From Escherichia coli (lineage in GTDB: Bacteria; Pseudomonadota; Gammaproteobacteria; Enterobacterales; Enterobacteriaceae): a DNA stretch of 64,000 bases. This document shows positions 20,977 to 32,514 of this stretch, piece after piece. Location of the stretch: NCBI RefSeq assembly GCF_003018115.1, contig NZ_CP027457.1; one strand, written 5' to 3'. Under the pieces are notes generated by a model. The model saw only the letters and a program-made list of their open reading frames with translations. It searched no databases and was not told the origin of the DNA. Position numbers and translations under genes: made by a program. Positions within the stretch are counted from its first letter, which is position 1. Every line of letters starts with the position of its first letter.

Positions 20977-22479
20977 GTGATGACAGAGCCGCATGTAGCA
21001 GTATTAAGCCAGGTCCAACAGTTTCTCGATCGTCAACACGGTCTTTATATTGATGGTCGTCCTGGCCCCGCACAAAGTGAAAAACGATTGGCGATCTTTG
21101 ATCCGGCCACCGGGCAAGAAATTGCGTCTACTGCTGATGCCAACGAAGCGGATGTAGATAACGCAGTCATGTCTGCCTGGCGGGCCTTTGTCTCGCGTCG
21201 CTGGGCCGGGCGATTACCCGCAGAGCGTGAACGTATTCTGCTACGTTTTGCTGATCTGGTGGAGCAGCACAGTGAGGAGCTGGCGCAACTGGAAACCCTG
21301 GAGCAAGGCAAGTCAATTGCCATTTCCCGTGCTTTTGAAGTGGGCTGTACGCTGAACTGGATGCGTTATACCGCCGGGTTAACGACCAAAATCGCGGGTA
21401 AAACGCTGGACTTGTCGATTCCCTTACCCCAGGGGGCGCGTTATCAGGCCTGGACGCGTAAAGAGCCGGTTGGCGTAGTGGCGGGAATTGTGCCATGGAA
21501 CTTTCCGTTGATGATTGGTATGTGGAAGGTGATGCCAGCACTGGCAGCAGGCTGTTCAATCGTGATTAAGCCTTCGGAAACCACGCCACTGACGATGTTG
21601 CGCGTGGCGGAACTGGCCAGCGAGGCTGGTATCCCTGATGGCGTTTTTAATGTGGTCACCGGGTCAGGTGCTGTATGCGGCGCGGCCCTGACGTCACATC
21701 CTCATGTTGCGAAAATCAGTTTTACCGGTTCAACCGCGACGGGAAAAGGTATTGCCAGAACTGCTGCTGATCACTTAACGCGTGTAACGCTGGAACTGGG
21801 CGGTAAAAACCCTGCAATTGTATTAAAAGATGCTGATCCGCAATGGGTTATTGAAGGCTTGATGACCGGAAGCTTCCTGAATCAAGGGCAAGTATGCGCC
21901 GCCAGTTCGCGAATTTATATTGAAGCGCCGTTGTTTGACACGCTGGTTAGTGGATTTGAGCAGGCGGTAAAATCGTTGCAAGTGGGACCGGGGATGTCAC
22001 CTGTTGCACAGATTAACCCTTTGGTTTCTCGTGCGCACTGCGACAAAGTGTGTTCATTCCTCGACGATGCGCAGGCACAGCAAGCAGAGCTGATTCGCGG
22101 GTCGAATGGACCAGCCGGAGAGGGGTATTATGTTGCGCCAACGCTGGTGGTAAATCCCGATGCTAAATTGCGCTTAACTCGTGAAGAGGTGTTTGGTCCG
22201 GTGGTAAACCTGGTGCGAGTAGCGGATGGAGAAGAGGCGTTACAACTGGCAAACGACACGGAATATGGCTTAACTGCCAGTGTCTGGACGCAAAATCTCT
22301 CCCAGGCTCTGGAATATAGCGATCGCTTACAGGCAGGGACGGTGTGGGTAAACAGCCATACCTTAATTGACGCTAACTTACCGTTTGGTGGGATGAAGCA
22401 GTCAGGAACGGGCCGTGATTTTGGCCCCGACTGGCTGGACGGTTGGTGTGAAACTAAGTCGGTGTGTGTACGGTATTAA
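20977..22479 (+). CDS. feaB: Phenylacetaldehyde dehydrogenase
   Basis: About 500-aa aldehyde dehydrogenase; catalytic Cys region GQVCAASSR and ELGGKNP motif. Confidence 0.9.
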
Positions 22480-22496
22480 TCTGGTTCGCTCATAAG

Positions 22497-22527
22497 TAAA
22501 AAACGGCACCTGGTGCCGTTTTTTTGT
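22497..22527. terminator. Bidirectional intrinsic terminator between convergent feaB and tynA
   Basis: AAAACGGCACC-T-GGTGCCGTTTTTTT hairpin with flanking A/T runs. Confidence 0.6.
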
Positions 22528-22536
22528 CTGAAACAA

Positions 22537-24810
22537 TCACTTATCTTTCTTCAGCGCCCCTAGCGTTGGCGTTTCGTCAAAGAAGTTCCATGGTTTAAGC
22601 AGAGTATGTACCCATTCGGTCGGCATAATCGGCCACTCTTCGGCGCGGGCCACATGTGTGGTGCCGGTGGTCATCCAGACAACGGCGTCGGTGTTGTCCA
22701 GCGACTCGTTATCTTTACTGTATTGTCCAAGACCGGTGTCATGATTAGAACGGTTCGGATATTTGCCTTCTGGGAAACGCTCGCCAGGATGATAACGCGT
22801 TACCCAAAGCTGCTTGTCCATAAAGCTTAAACGATGATAGATCCACTCGTCCGGCGCGAACTGGGCACCTTTTGCTACCGGGTGAGTACCACCTGCATAA
22901 GGAATAATTTGATAGGAAACTGGATTGCCCATGCGGTTCTCTTTGTTCGGGTTACTCAACAGACGAATCGTGCCCGGATCAAACTTCTGCGCGGCATCCT
23001 GTTCATTGCCGATGTTGTACTGATTAACTTGCATGGTACTGGTGCGTGGGCCACCGGCAGTATTCGGTTTTACCACCGGGTCCATCGCCACCAGGCTGTT
23101 ATTCTCGCCATCTACATCCAGATCGAGGCGGAAATTATAAATATGTTGGTGTGTAGTACCCACTATATTGTGATCGATAAGCGTGCCGTAGCGCGTGTCA
23201 TCTTTCGCCGTCTCATCGTGCATGGTTTTCGCTTTAACACCTTTCACCGCTTCGATGCCCGTAGCACCGGCATCAATGCCAATAGTGCCGTTTTCATGGA
23301 AGATCCAGTCAAAAATGTAGTCATAGTTACCCACTGTACTGATCCAGCGCACCACTAACTCCCGGCGTTCGGTACTGACGTTGGGCTGGCCCATTTCCTG
23401 ATGCTTATACTCAGGCCCGGCATAACGTTCAAATACCGCGATAGCACGAGGGATCTCCATCGGTACGCCAGTGTAGTCGGCGATGGTTTCATTCAGGAGC
23501 ACTGCGTTAGAGGGTGCATCTTTGCCACGTGCAATTGGCGAGGTTAGCGTGCCCATACCGTAGTCACCAGAGTCCAGATACGCTTTAAAGTACCAGCCAA
23601 TATCAGGATCACCGTAAGGCACAATCATGCCGCCGAGAGAACCTTCGTACATGACTTTGCGTTTGGTGCCATTGTCGTTATAAGTCACGGTGGAGATCAT
23701 CGGCCCGACGCGAGAGTTCATGCTGAGGTGAAAATCCCAGTTACGCCAGTGAATCATATCGCCAGTAATGGTGTAATTTTTACCTTCAGGCTCGATGATT
23801 TGCATAGGTTTAACTGCCGGAGCAACGCGGTCACGGCCATCAAATGGACGTGCGGTCATTGGCACCGGAACTACCGGACCTTCTTCAATCTTAACGATTT
23901 TTTTCTGTTCTAAATCAACGACCGCCACCAGGTTTTCGATGGGATGTGCCCAGTAGTTGCCATCACCGACATCAAGATAGCTGATGACTTTGAGCAACCG
24001 GGCATCTTGTTTCAGGCCATCTTTACCATCGAAATAACCTACGGTCAGCGGCGTGGTAATCACTTTCTTCGCATCAGTAATACCGCGCTTCTTCACGGCA
24101 GCGGTAAATTCTTCACTGTTGTTAATAATGTTCTGCACACTGGCGAAATCATCCAGCAACACCATTCCGTGGGCGTCTTTAATGGGTTGCCAGGAGAGCA
24201 ATTTGTTGTTTTGCAGATCCACCACCGCTTCGATGATATGTTTGCCGTCGAGCATAATGACGTCGGCTTTGCGTGGCTGCTCAACCGGTTTGTTTTCCAG
24301 CGCAAACGCCCAGACAGCTTCTTTATCTGGCGGTAGCAGGGAGATCTCAGTAAAACGGGTATTGGGTTTGAAGTCCGCGGAAGCTTTAACAATTTCAACG
24401 GCCTGTTTAATTTCGTCCGCAGTTAGCGCATTAAGTGGGTGAGGGCGCTTTTCTACCTGAAAGGTTTGATCCAGCCCGGACTGGAAAACATCGTTAATAA
24501 AGGTGTCAGAAACCCAGGCTTTATTGTCTTTCATCACTACCGGCACTTGCAGTGCCAGAGGCTGACCATTAACAATTGCTGTTTGCGCACCAGGCTTCAC
24601 TTTCACGTACGCGCCATCTTTAATCAGGGTAAAGAGCTGGGCGTAGTCGTCCCACTGCACATCGGCACCAAATTCTTTAAGCGTTTTATCCATTGGCACC
24701 ATATGCGCTTCGCCCCCGTGGGCAAATACTGGTGCTTGCCAGGCGAAACTTAAGGCGACTGCCAACGCCAGGGTTGTTTTACGGGCAGAATACAGAGAGG
24801 GGCTTCCCAT
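22537..24810 (-). CDS. tynA: Periplasmic copper/topaquinone amine oxidase (phenylethylamine oxidase)
   Basis: 757-aa form starting MGSPSLYSARKTTLALAVALSFAWQAPVFA (signal peptide); track ORF is 12 codons longer. Confidence 0.9.
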   Translation of the reverse strand: MGSPSLYSARKTTLALAVALSFAWQAPVFAHGGEAHMVPMDKTLKEFGADVQWDDYAQLFTLIKDGAYVKVKPGAQTAIVNGQPLALQVPVVMKDNKAWVSDTFINDVFQSGLDQTFQVEKRPHPLNALTADEIKQAVEIVKASADFKPNTRFTEISLLPPDKEAVWAFALENKPVEQPRKADVIMLDGKHIIEAVVDLQNNKLLSWQPIKDAHGMVLLDDFASVQNIINNSEEFTAAVKKRGITDAKKVITTPLTVGYFDGKDGLKQDARLLKVISYLDVGDGNYWAHPIENLVAVVDLEQKKIVKIEEGPVVPVPMTARPFDGRDRVAPAVKPMQIIEPEGKNYTITGDMIHWRNWDFHLSMNSRVGPMISTVTYNDNGTKRKVMYEGSLGGMIVPYGDPDIGWYFKAYLDSGDYGMGTLTSPIARGKDAPSNAVLLNETIADYTGVPMEIPRAIAVFERYAGPEYKHQEMGQPNVSTERRELVVRWISTVGNYDYIFDWIFHENGTIGIDAGATGIEAVKGVKAKTMHDETAKDDTRYGTLIDHNIVGTTHQHIYNFRLDLDVDGENNSLVAMDPVVKPNTAGGPRTSTMQVNQYNIGNEQDAAQKFDPGTIRLLSNPNKENRMGNPVSYQIIPYAGGTHPVAKGAQFAPDEWIYHRLSFMDKQLWVTRYHPGERFPEGKYPNRSNHDTGLGQYSKDNESLDNTDAVVWMTTGTTHVARAEEWPIMPTEWVHTLLKPWNFFDETPTLGALKKDK

Positions 24811-25057
24811 TATTAACCTCGTCAGATGTTGTGTTCTTGTTAGCAACCGCGCTCTGTGGGCGGTTTAGTCAGGTTCACATTATCAGTACTGATGTAAAGG
24901 GGATTGCCTGCACCTGCCAGGTTGTTTGGCAGGTGTGCCAGCTTTTCATACAGTGGGTGCCCTGAAAATACAGATACACATCATGCATAACGTGACAACG
25001 TCACAAAATTTGGTGAAATAAAAGGGCAACTATTCGCCGTTGCCCTTCATTCACCGA

Positions 25058-27103
25058 TTAATCGACAAAATCACCGTGCTGCCTGGCCACCAGCGTCAGA
25101 ATTGAATACAGCGCCACCGGGGTTTGATGCTGATTGAATACCTCTACCGCCCATTCCACCACACCTGTTGGTTTTTCTTCTGCGCTACGCTGTTTTTTCA
25201 GCGTCTTGCGCTTACAGGTGAGACGCACCTGGATGGTATCGCCTGGTTTTACTGGCTCGATAAAACGCAAGTTTTCCAGCCCGTAGTTAGCAATGACCGG
25301 ACCAACTCCGGCATCGACAAACAGACCCGCAGCCGCAGAAAGCACAAAATACCCATGCACCACACGCTCACCGAAAATAGATTCGGCAGCAGCAATCTTA
25401 TCCATATGCGCATAGAAATGATCGCCGCTGAGGCAAGCAAAGTTAACAATATCGGCCTCTGTCATTGTGCGGCGGGGAGTCAGCAGGCTGTCGCCTGGTT
25501 GCAGCTCCTCAAAATATTTGCGGAACGGATGAATACGATCTTCTTCGACTTTCGCACCACGCACCCACTGTTTACTGATAGCGGCAAGCATCGACGGACT
25601 ACCCTGTACAGCGGTTCGCTGCATGTAATGTTTTACCGCTCGTAAACCACCTAATTCTTCACCGCCTCCTGCGCGACCAGGCCCACCATGTACCAGTTGT
25701 GGCAGTGGGGAGCCATGCCCGGTGGATTCTTTTGCCGACTCTTCATTGAGGATCTGAATTCGCCCATGCGTACGCGCCGCGTCGGCAATAAACTGACGCG
25801 CAATTTGCGGATCAGCCGTCACCAGCGTTCCCGCAAGACTACCGCCACCTGCACAAGCCAGTTGCAGAGCATGTTGCTGGTTTTGTGCAGGCATCAGCGT
25901 TGCGACAGGGCCAAAGGCTTCTGTTGCATGTACCGCCGGTGTTTCATCCGGCTGCGGACAGTACAATAAGGTTGGCGGGAAGAAGGCACCCGCAGCAGAT
26001 AAATCCGCCTGACCACCGAGGCGAATCTCGCATCCTGCAGCCAGCAATATGTTCACTTTTTCCTGCACATCGGCACGCTGCTCAGCATTTACCAGTGCGC
26101 CCATTTTCACGCCTTCCTGAGCAGGATCACCGACCACGACTTTCTGTAATCGCGCAACCAGAGCATCACTGACAGCATTAACCAATGCCTGCGGCACAAT
26201 AATCCGCCGGATTGCCGTACATTTTTGCCCGGCTTTTGTGGTCATCTCACGCACAATTTCACGAATAAACAGCGCAAACTCCGGTTGATCCGGGGTGACA
26301 TCTTCGCCCAGTACGCAGCAGTTCAGGGAATCAGCTTCCATAGTGAAGGGGATAGATTTGGCGACGATATTTGGCTGAACTCGCAGCATCTGTCCGGTCG
26401 CCGCTGACCCCGTGAAAGTCACCACATCCTGGCTGTCCAGATGATCCAACAAGTCGCCAGCACTACCGCAGATCAGACTAATTGCGCCTTCGGGAACAAG
26501 ACCACTATCGACAATTGATTTCACCATCGCCTGAGTCAGTTGGGCCGTCGCGGTAGCTGGTTTGATGATGGCTGGCATTCCGCCCAGCCACGTTGGTGCC
26601 AGCTTTTCCAGCATTCCCCAGCAGGGGAAGTTAAAGGCGTTAATATGCACTGCCACGCCTGACTTTGAGGTCAGTACATGGCGCGCGGCAAATCCACCTT
26701 CTTTCGATAAGGGGATCAATTCATCTTCCGGCCACAGCGTATCGTCAGGCAGCTCCCGGCTACCGAGGCTGGCGTAAGTAAATAACGTCCCAATGCCACC
26801 TTCAATATCAACCCAACTGTCTGCCCGCGTTGCGCCTGTTTGCGCAGAAAGAGCATAGAAGCGCTCTTTTTCACTCAGCAGATGTTTAGCGACCGCTTTA
26901 AGCATCGCCGCACGTTCGATAAAGGTCATCGCGCGGAGGGCGGGGGCACCTTTTTCAATGGCAAACTGGCGGGCAGCCGCCATATCAAGACCTTCACTGG
27001 TCACTTCCCATAACGCCTCGCCGCTAATAGCGTGATGAATCAAACGGCTACGGCCCCGGCCAGACTGCCAGGTACCGGATAAGAAACTGGCTAACTGCTG
27101 CAT
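25058..27103 (-). CDS. paaZ: Bifunctional oxepin-CoA hydrolase / 3-oxo-5,6-dehydrosuberyl-CoA semialdehyde dehydrogenase
   Basis: 681-aa ORF; N-terminal aldehyde dehydrogenase domain plus C-terminal MaoC-like hydratase domain. Confidence 0.9.
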   Translation of the reverse strand: MQQLASFLSGTWQSGRGRSRLIHHAISGEALWEVTSEGLDMAAARQFAIEKGAPALRAMTFIERAAMLKAVAKHLLSEKERFYALSAQTGATRADSWVDIEGGIGTLFTYASLGSRELPDDTLWPEDELIPLSKEGGFAARHVLTSKSGVAVHINAFNFPCWGMLEKLAPTWLGGMPAIIKPATATAQLTQAMVKSIVDSGLVPEGAISLICGSAGDLLDHLDSQDVVTFTGSAATGQMLRVQPNIVAKSIPFTMEADSLNCCVLGEDVTPDQPEFALFIREIVREMTTKAGQKCTAIRRIIVPQALVNAVSDALVARLQKVVVGDPAQEGVKMGALVNAEQRADVQEKVNILLAAGCEIRLGGQADLSAAGAFFPPTLLYCPQPDETPAVHATEAFGPVATLMPAQNQQHALQLACAGGGSLAGTLVTADPQIARQFIADAARTHGRIQILNEESAKESTGHGSPLPQLVHGGPGRAGGGEELGGLRAVKHYMQRTAVQGSPSMLAAISKQWVRGAKVEEDRIHPFRKYFEELQPGDSLLTPRRTMTEADIVNFACLSGDHFYAHMDKIAAAESIFGERVVHGYFVLSAAAGLFVDAGVGPVIANYGLENLRFIEPVKPGDTIQVRLTCKRKTLKKQRSAEEKPTGVVEWAVEVFNQHQTPVALYSILTLVARQHGDFVD

Positions 27104-27117
27104 CGCTACTCTCCAGA

Positions 27118-27157
27118 TGTTTCACATTTCTGTTGCTAATAGTTAAATCACGAATCA
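27118..27157. promoter_or_regulatory. Candidate PaaX operator in the paaZ promoter (TGTTTC-N28-GAATCA)
   Basis: Imperfect match to the PaaX operator pattern TGATTC-N27-GAATCA (from memory), just upstream of the paaZ start. Confidence 0.4.
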
Positions 27158-27335
27158 TAAAAAGCAAGGCGTATTTTAACGAAATGTTAACTGCGCGATC
27201 TGTATATCAACTACTAAAAACATTAATACACTGATAAATAATGAGTTATAAAAATAGGGTGCGAAATCCGTCACAGTTCAAACATACAAAACTTGTGATT
27301 TCAGTTAACCATTGTGTAACTTTCATAAAACAACG

Positions 27336-27374
27336 TGATTCGTGTTTTTAATTAATTCACGAAAACTGGAATCG
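27336..27374. promoter_or_regulatory. Candidate PaaX operator in the paaA promoter (TGATTC-N27-GAATCG)
   Basis: TGATTCGTG...N27...GAATCG with the expected 27-nt spacing, 14-50 nt upstream of the paaA start. Confidence 0.45.
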
Positions 27375-27387
27375 TAAAGGTGATGAC

Positions 27388-28317
27388 GTGACCCAAGAAG
27401 AACGCTTTGAGCAACGGATAGCCCAGGAAACGGCTATCGAGCCGCAGGACTGGATGCCCGATGCTTACCGAAAGACACTGATCCGCCAGATTGGGCAGCA
27501 TGCGCACTCCGAGATTGTTGGTATGTTGCCTGAAGGTAACTGGATCACTCGTGCACCAACCTTGCGGCGTAAAGCCATTCTGTTGGCCAAAGTGCAGGAT
27601 GAAGCCGGTCATGGTCTGTATCTCTATAGCGCCGCCGAAACACTGGGCTGCGCCAGAGAAGACATCTACCAAAAAATGCTCGACGGACGGATGAAATATT
27701 CCTCCATCTTTAATTATCCGACATTGAGTTGGGCTGATATCGGTGTTATCGGCTGGCTGGTGGATGGCGCAGCGATCGTCAATCAGGTGGCGTTATGCCG
27801 CACTTCTTATGGCCCGTATGCCAGAGCAATGGTGAAAATCTGCAAAGAAGAGAGTTTTCACCAGCGTCAGGGGTTTGAAGCCTGCATGGCACTGGCGCAG
27901 GGCAGCAAAGCTCAAAAGCAGATGTTGCAAGACGCCATTAACCGTTTCTGGTGGCCAGCCTTAATGATGTTCGGGCCAAACGATGATAACTCGCCAAACA
28001 GCGCCAGAAGTCTCGCCTGGAAAATCAAACGTTTCACCAACGACGAACTCCGCCAGCGTTTCGTGGACAACACCGTTCCACAGGTTGAAATGCTCGGTAT
28101 GACCGTTCCTGACCCGGATCTGCATTTTGACACTGAAAGCGGTCACTACCGCTTTGGTGAGATCGACTGGCAGGAGTTTAACGAAGTAATTAACGGTCGC
28201 GGAATTTGTAATCAGGAGAGGCTCGACGCCAAACGTAAAGCCTGGGAAGAAGGTACCTGGGTACGGGAAGCAGCGCTGGCCCATGCACAAAAACAACATG
28301 CCCGTAAGGTCGCATAA
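27388..28317 (+). CDS. paaA: 1,2-phenylacetyl-CoA epoxidase subunit A
   Basis: 309-aa [17 protein letters not shown]...; di-iron oxygenase family; first gene of the paa operon. Confidence 0.9.
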   Translation: MTQEERFEQRIAQETAIEPQDWMPDAYRKTLIRQIGQHAHSEIVGMLPEGNWITRAPTLRRKAILLAKVQDEAGHGLYLYSAAETLGCAREDIYQKMLDGRMKYSSIFNYPTLSWADIGVIGWLVDGAAIVNQVALCRTSYGPYARAMVKICKEESFHQRQGFEACMALAQGSKAQKQMLQDAINRFWWPALMMFGPNDDNSPNSARSLAWKIKRFTNDELRQRFVDNTVPQVEMLGMTVPDPDLHFDTESGHYRFGEIDWQEFNEVINGRGICNQERLDAKRKAWEEGTWVREAALAHAQKQHARKVA

Positions 28318-28328
28318 GGAGATTCAAA

Positions 28329-28616
28329 ATGAGTAATGTTTACTGGCCGTTATACGAAGTTTTCGTGCGTGGCAAACAGGGCTTATCACACCGCCATGTT
28401 GGCAGTTTACATGCTGCCGATGAGCGGATGGCACTGGAAAATGCCCGTGATGCTTACACCCGTCGTAGCGAAGGATGTTCAATTTGGGTGGTGAAGGCGA
28501 GTGAAATTGTTGCCTCGCAACCGGAAGAACGCGGTGAATTTTTTGATCCGGCTGAAAGCAAGGTCTATCGCCATCCAACGTTTTACACCATCCCTGATGG
28601 CATTGAGCACATGTGA
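28329..28616 (+). CDS. paaB: 1,2-phenylacetyl-CoA epoxidase subunit B
   Basis: 95-aa ORF MSNVYWPLYEVFVRGKQGLSHRHVGSLHAAD... Confidence 0.9.
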   Translation: MSNVYWPLYEVFVRGKQGLSHRHVGSLHAADERMALENARDAYTRRSEGCSIWVVKASEIVASQPEERGEFFDPAESKVYRHPTFYTIPDGIEHM

Positions 28617-28624
28617 GGTCGGAA

Positions 28625-29371
28625 ATGAATCAGTTAACGGCTTACACCTTGCGCCTGGGCGATAACTGTCTGGTGCTCTCCCAGCGGTTGGGGGAATGGT
28701 GCGGTCACGCACCGGAACTGGAAATCGATCTCGCACTGGCAAACATTGGCCTCGATTTATTAGGTCAGGCACGTAACTTCTTATCGTATGCCGCTGAATT
28801 AGCGGGAGAAGGTGATGAAGATACCCTGGCCTTCACCCGAGACGAGCGCCAGTTCAGCAACTTATTGTTGGTTGAACAACCAAACGGCAATTTTGCCGAC
28901 ACCATTGTACGCCAGTATTTCATCGATGCATGGCATGTGGCGCTCTTTACCCGTCTGATGGAAAGCCGCGAGCCGCAACTGGCGGCGATTTCTGCCAAAG
29001 CAATTAAAGAAGCGCGTTATCACCTGCGTTTTAGTCGTGGTTGGCTGGAGCGACTGGGCAATGGTACTGACGTATCAGGGCAAAAGATGCAGCAGGCCAT
29101 CGACAAGTTGTGGCGTTTTACCGCCGAACTGTTCGATGCCGACGAGATTGATATTGCACTGAGTGAAGAGGGTATTGCGGTTGATCCACGCACTTTACGC
29201 GCAGCGTGGGAAGCCGAAGTTTTTGCCGGAATCAACGAAGCCACATTGAACGTACCGCAAGAGCAGGCGTATCGCACTGGCGGTAAAAAAGGACTGCATA
29301 CCGAACACCTTGGACCCATGCTGGCAGAAATGCAGTATCTCCAGCGTGTCTTGCCCGGTCAGCAATGGTAA
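28625..29371 (+). CDS. paaC: 1,2-phenylacetyl-CoA epoxidase subunit C
   Basis: 248-aa form starting MNQLTAYTLRLGDNCLVLSQRLGEW; track ORF is 4 codons longer. Confidence 0.9.
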   Translation: MNQLTAYTLRLGDNCLVLSQRLGEWCGHAPELEIDLALANIGLDLLGQARNFLSYAAELAGEGDEDTLAFTRDERQFSNLLLVEQPNGNFADTIVRQYFIDAWHVALFTRLMESREPQLAAISAKAIKEARYHLRFSRGWLERLGNGTDVSGQKMQQAIDKLWRFTAELFDADEIDIALSEEGIAVDPRTLRAAWEAEVFAGINEATLNVPQEQAYRTGGKKGLHTEHLGPMLAEMQYLQRVLPGQQW

Positions 29372-29385
29372 CAGAGGAGATGGGT

Positions 29386-29883
29386 ATGCAACGTCTGGCC
29401 ACCATTGCACCGCCACAGGTTCATGAGATATGGGCGCTACTCAGCCAGATCCCGGACCCGGAGATCCCGGTGCTGACCATTACCGATTTAGGCATGGTGC
29501 GTAATGTGACACAGATGGGAGAAGGATGGGTGATCGGCTTTACGCCGACTTATTCCGGTTGTCCGGCAACGGAACATTTGATTGGCGCGATACGTGAGGC
29601 AATGACAACCCACGGGTTTACCCCCGTTCAGGTTGTGCTGCAACTCGACCCGGCATGGACCACCGACTGGATGACCCCCGATGCCCGTGAGCGTCTGCGA
29701 CAGTATGGAATTAGCCCGCCCGCCGGACACAGTTGCCATGCCCATTTGCCGCCAGAAGTACGTTGCCCGCGTTGCGCCAGCGTCCATACCACACGTATCA
29801 GTGAATTTGGTTCCACGGCCTGCAAAGCATTGTATCGCTGCGATAGTTGCCGCGAACCTTTCGATTATTTCAAATGTATTTGA
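29386..29883 (+). CDS. paaD: Phenylacetate degradation protein PaaD (epoxidase maturation factor)
   Basis: 165-aa form starting MQRLATIAPPQVHEIWALL; C-terminal Cys cluster CPRCASVHT...CDSC. Confidence 0.85.
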   Translation: MQRLATIAPPQVHEIWALLSQIPDPEIPVLTITDLGMVRNVTQMGEGWVIGFTPTYSGCPATEHLIGAIREAMTTHGFTPVQVVLQLDPAWTTDWMTPDARERLRQYGISPPAGHSCHAHLPPEVRCPRCASVHTTRISEFGSTACKALYRCDSCREPFDYFKCI

Positions 29884-29890
29884 GGATGCC

Positions 29891-30961
29891 ATGACAACGT
29901 TTCATTCCTTAACGGTGGCAAAAGTGGAGCCGGAAACCCGTGATGCGGTGACCATTACCTTTGCGGTGCCCCAGCCTTTGCAGGAGGCGTATCGCTTTCG
30001 CCCTGGTCAACATTTGACCTTAAAAGCCAGCTTTGATGGTGAAGAATTACGCCGTTGTTACTCCATTTGCCGCAGCTACCTGCCTGGCGAAATTAGTGTG
30101 GCGGTGAAAGCCATTGAAGGCGGACGTTTCTCCCGCTATGCCCGCGAACACATCCGCCAGGGTATGACGCTGGAAGTCATGGTGCCGCAGGGGCATTTCG
30201 GCTATCAGCCGCAGGCCGAACGTCAGGGCCGCTATCTGGCAATTGCAGCAGGATCAGGTATTACGCCAATGCTGGCGATTATCGCCACCACTTTACAAAC
30301 CGAGTCTGAAAGTCAGTTCACCCTGATCTACGGTAACCGTACCAGCCAGAGCATGATGTTTCGCCAGGCACTGGCAGACCTGAAAGACAAATATCCTCAG
30401 CGTTTACAGTTGTTGTGCATTTTCAGTCAGGAAACTCTCGACAGCGATCTGCTTCACGGGCGTATTGACGGTGAAAAATTACAGTCACTTGGGGCCTCGC
30501 TCATTAATTTTCGTCTTTATGATGAAGCGTTTATTTGTGGTCCGGCGGTGATGATGGATGACGCGGAAACCGCCTTAAAAGCACTGGGAATGCCAGAAAA
30601 AGCGATTCATCTGGAGCGGTTTAATACGCCTGGCACGCGCGTCAAACGTAGCGTTAACGTGCAAAGTGACGGACAAAAAGTGACTGTACGTCAGGATGGG
30701 CGGGATCGGGAAATCGTGCTTAATGCCGACGATGAAAGCATTCTCGATGCGGCATTGCGCCAGGGGGCGGATCTGCCCTATGCCTGCAAAGGCGGCGTCT
30801 GTGCGACCTGCAAATGCAAAGTGCTGCGTGGCAAAGTGGCGATGGAAACCAATTACAGTCTGGAACCGGATGAACTGGCCGCAGGCTATGTGTTGAGTTG
30901 CCAGGCACTGCCGCTGACCAGCGATGTGGTGGTTGACTTTGACGCGAAGGGGATGGCATGA
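29891..30961 (+). CDS. paaE: 1,2-phenylacetyl-CoA epoxidase reductase subunit (FAD/NAD, 2Fe-2S ferredoxin)
   Basis: 356-aa form starting MTTFHSLTVAKVEPE; C-terminal plant-type ferredoxin Cys motif CKGGVCATCKC. Confidence 0.9.
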   Translation: MTTFHSLTVAKVEPETRDAVTITFAVPQPLQEAYRFRPGQHLTLKASFDGEELRRCYSICRSYLPGEISVAVKAIEGGRFSRYAREHIRQGMTLEVMVPQGHFGYQPQAERQGRYLAIAAGSGITPMLAIIATTLQTESESQFTLIYGNRTSQSMMFRQALADLKDKYPQRLQLLCIFSQETLDSDLLHGRIDGEKLQSLGASLINFRLYDEAFICGPAVMMDDAETALKALGMPEKAIHLERFNTPGTRVKRSVNVQSDGQKVTVRQDGRDREIVLNADDESILDAALRQGADLPYACKGGVCATCKCKVLRGKVAMETNYSLEPDELAAGYVLSCQALPLTSDVVVDFDAKGMA

Positions 30962-31725
30962 GCGAACTGATCGTCAGCCGTCAGCAACGAGTATTGTTGC
31001 TGACCCTTAACCGTCCCGCCGCACGTAATGCGCTGAATAATGCCCTGCTGACGCAACTGGTAAATGAGCTGGAAGCTGCGGCTATCGATACCAGCATTTC
31101 GGTCTGTGTGATTACCGGTAATGCACGCTTTTTTGCCGCCGGTGCCGATCTCAACGAAATGGCAGAAAAAGATCTCGCGGCCACCTTAAACGATACACGT
31201 CCGCAGCTATGGGCGCGATTGCAGGCCTTTAACAAACCACTCATCGCAGCCGTCAATGGTTACGCGCTTGGTGCAGGTTGCGAACTGGCATTGTTGTGCG
31301 ATGTGGTGGTTGCCGGAGAGAACGCGCGTTTTGGGTTGCCGGAAATCACTCTCGGCATCATGCCAGGCGCAGGCGGAACGCAACGTTTAATCCGTAGTGT
31401 TGGCAAATCGTTAGCCAGCAAAATGGTGCTGAGCGGAGAAAGTATCACCGCCCAGCAAGCGCAGCAGGCCGGGCTGGTTAGCGACGTCTTCCCCAGCGAT
31501 TTAACCCTCGAATACGCCTTACAGCTGGCATCGAAAATGGCACGTCACTCGCCGCTGGCCTTACAAGCGGCAAAGCAAGCGCTGCGCCAGTCGCAGGAAG
31601 TGGCTTTGCAAGCCGGACTTGCCCAGGAGCGGCAGTTATTCACCTTGCTGGCGGCAACAGAAGATCGTCATGAAGGCATCTCCGCTTTCTTACAAAAACG
31701 CACGCCCGACTTTAAAGGACGCTAA
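30958..31725 (+). CDS. paaF: 2,3-dehydroadipyl-CoA hydratase (crotonase family)
   Basis: 255-aa enoyl-CoA hydratase fold; start overlaps paaE stop. Confidence 0.9.
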   Translation: MSELIVSRQQRVLLLTLNRPAARNALNNALLTQLVNELEAAAIDTSISVCVITGNARFFAAGADLNEMAEKDLAATLNDTRPQLWARLQAFNKPLIAAVNGYALGAGCELALLCDVVVAGENARFGLPEITLGIMPGAGGTQRLIRSVGKSLASKMVLSGESITAQQAQQAGLVSDVFPSDLTLEYALQLASKMARHSPLALQAAKQALRQSQEVALQAGLAQERQLFTLLAATEDRHEGISAFLQKRTPDFKGR

Positions 31726-32513
31726 TGATGGAATTCATCCTCAGTCATGTAGAAAAGGGCGTGATGACACTAACGCTCAACCGCCCGGAACGCCTGAACA
31801 GTTTTAATGATGAGATGCATGCACAACTGGCAGAGTGCCTGAAACAGGTCGAGCGCGACGACACTATCCGTTGCCTGTTAATTACAGGTGCCGGACGTGG
31901 ATTTTGTGCTGGTCAGGATCTTAACGATCGTAATGTTGATCCCACAGGCCCCGCACCGGATTTAGGGATGTCAGTGGAGCGTTTCTATAACCCGCTGGTA
32001 CGTCGCTTGGCAAAACTGCCAAAACCGGTGATCTGTGCAGTCAATGGCGTGGCGGCAGGGGCTGGCGCAACACTGGCACTGGGTTGCGACATCGTTATTG
32101 CTGCCCGTTCAGCAAAATTCGTCATGGCTTTTAGTAAGTTAGGCTTAGTACCCGATTGCGGTGGAACCTGGTTACTGCCACGCGTTGCTGGGCGAGCGCG
32201 CGCCATGGGGCTGGCACTGCTGGGGAATCAACTGAGTGCTGAACAGGCGCACGAATGGGGGATGATCTGGCAGGTTGTTGATGATGAAACGCTGGCAGAT
32301 ACCGCGCAACAGCTGGCGCGGCATCTGGCGACACAACCGACATTTGGTCTTGGACTTATCAAGCAAGCGATAAATAGCGCTGAAACCAATACGCTTGATA
32401 CGCAACTGGATCTGGAACGCGACTATCAGCGACTTGCCGGACGGAGCGCAGATTATCGTGAAGGTGTCAGTGCGTTCCTGGCTAAACGCTCACCGCAGTT
32501 CACGGGGAAATAG
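31725..32513 (+). CDS. paaG: 1,2-epoxyphenylacetyl-CoA isomerase (crotonase family)
   Basis: 262-aa crotonase-fold ORF; start overlaps paaF stop. Confidence 0.9.
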   Translation: MMEFILSHVEKGVMTLTLNRPERLNSFNDEMHAQLAECLKQVERDDTIRCLLITGAGRGFCAGQDLNDRNVDPTGPAPDLGMSVERFYNPLVRRLAKLPKPVICAVNGVAAGAGATLALGCDIVIAARSAKFVMAFSKLGLVPDCGGTWLLPRVAGRARAMGLALLGNQLSAEQAHEWGMIWQVVDDETLADTAQQLARHLATQPTFGLGLIKQAINSAETNTLDTQLDLERDYQRLAGRSADYREGVSAFLAKRSPQFTGK

Positions 32514-32514
32514 C

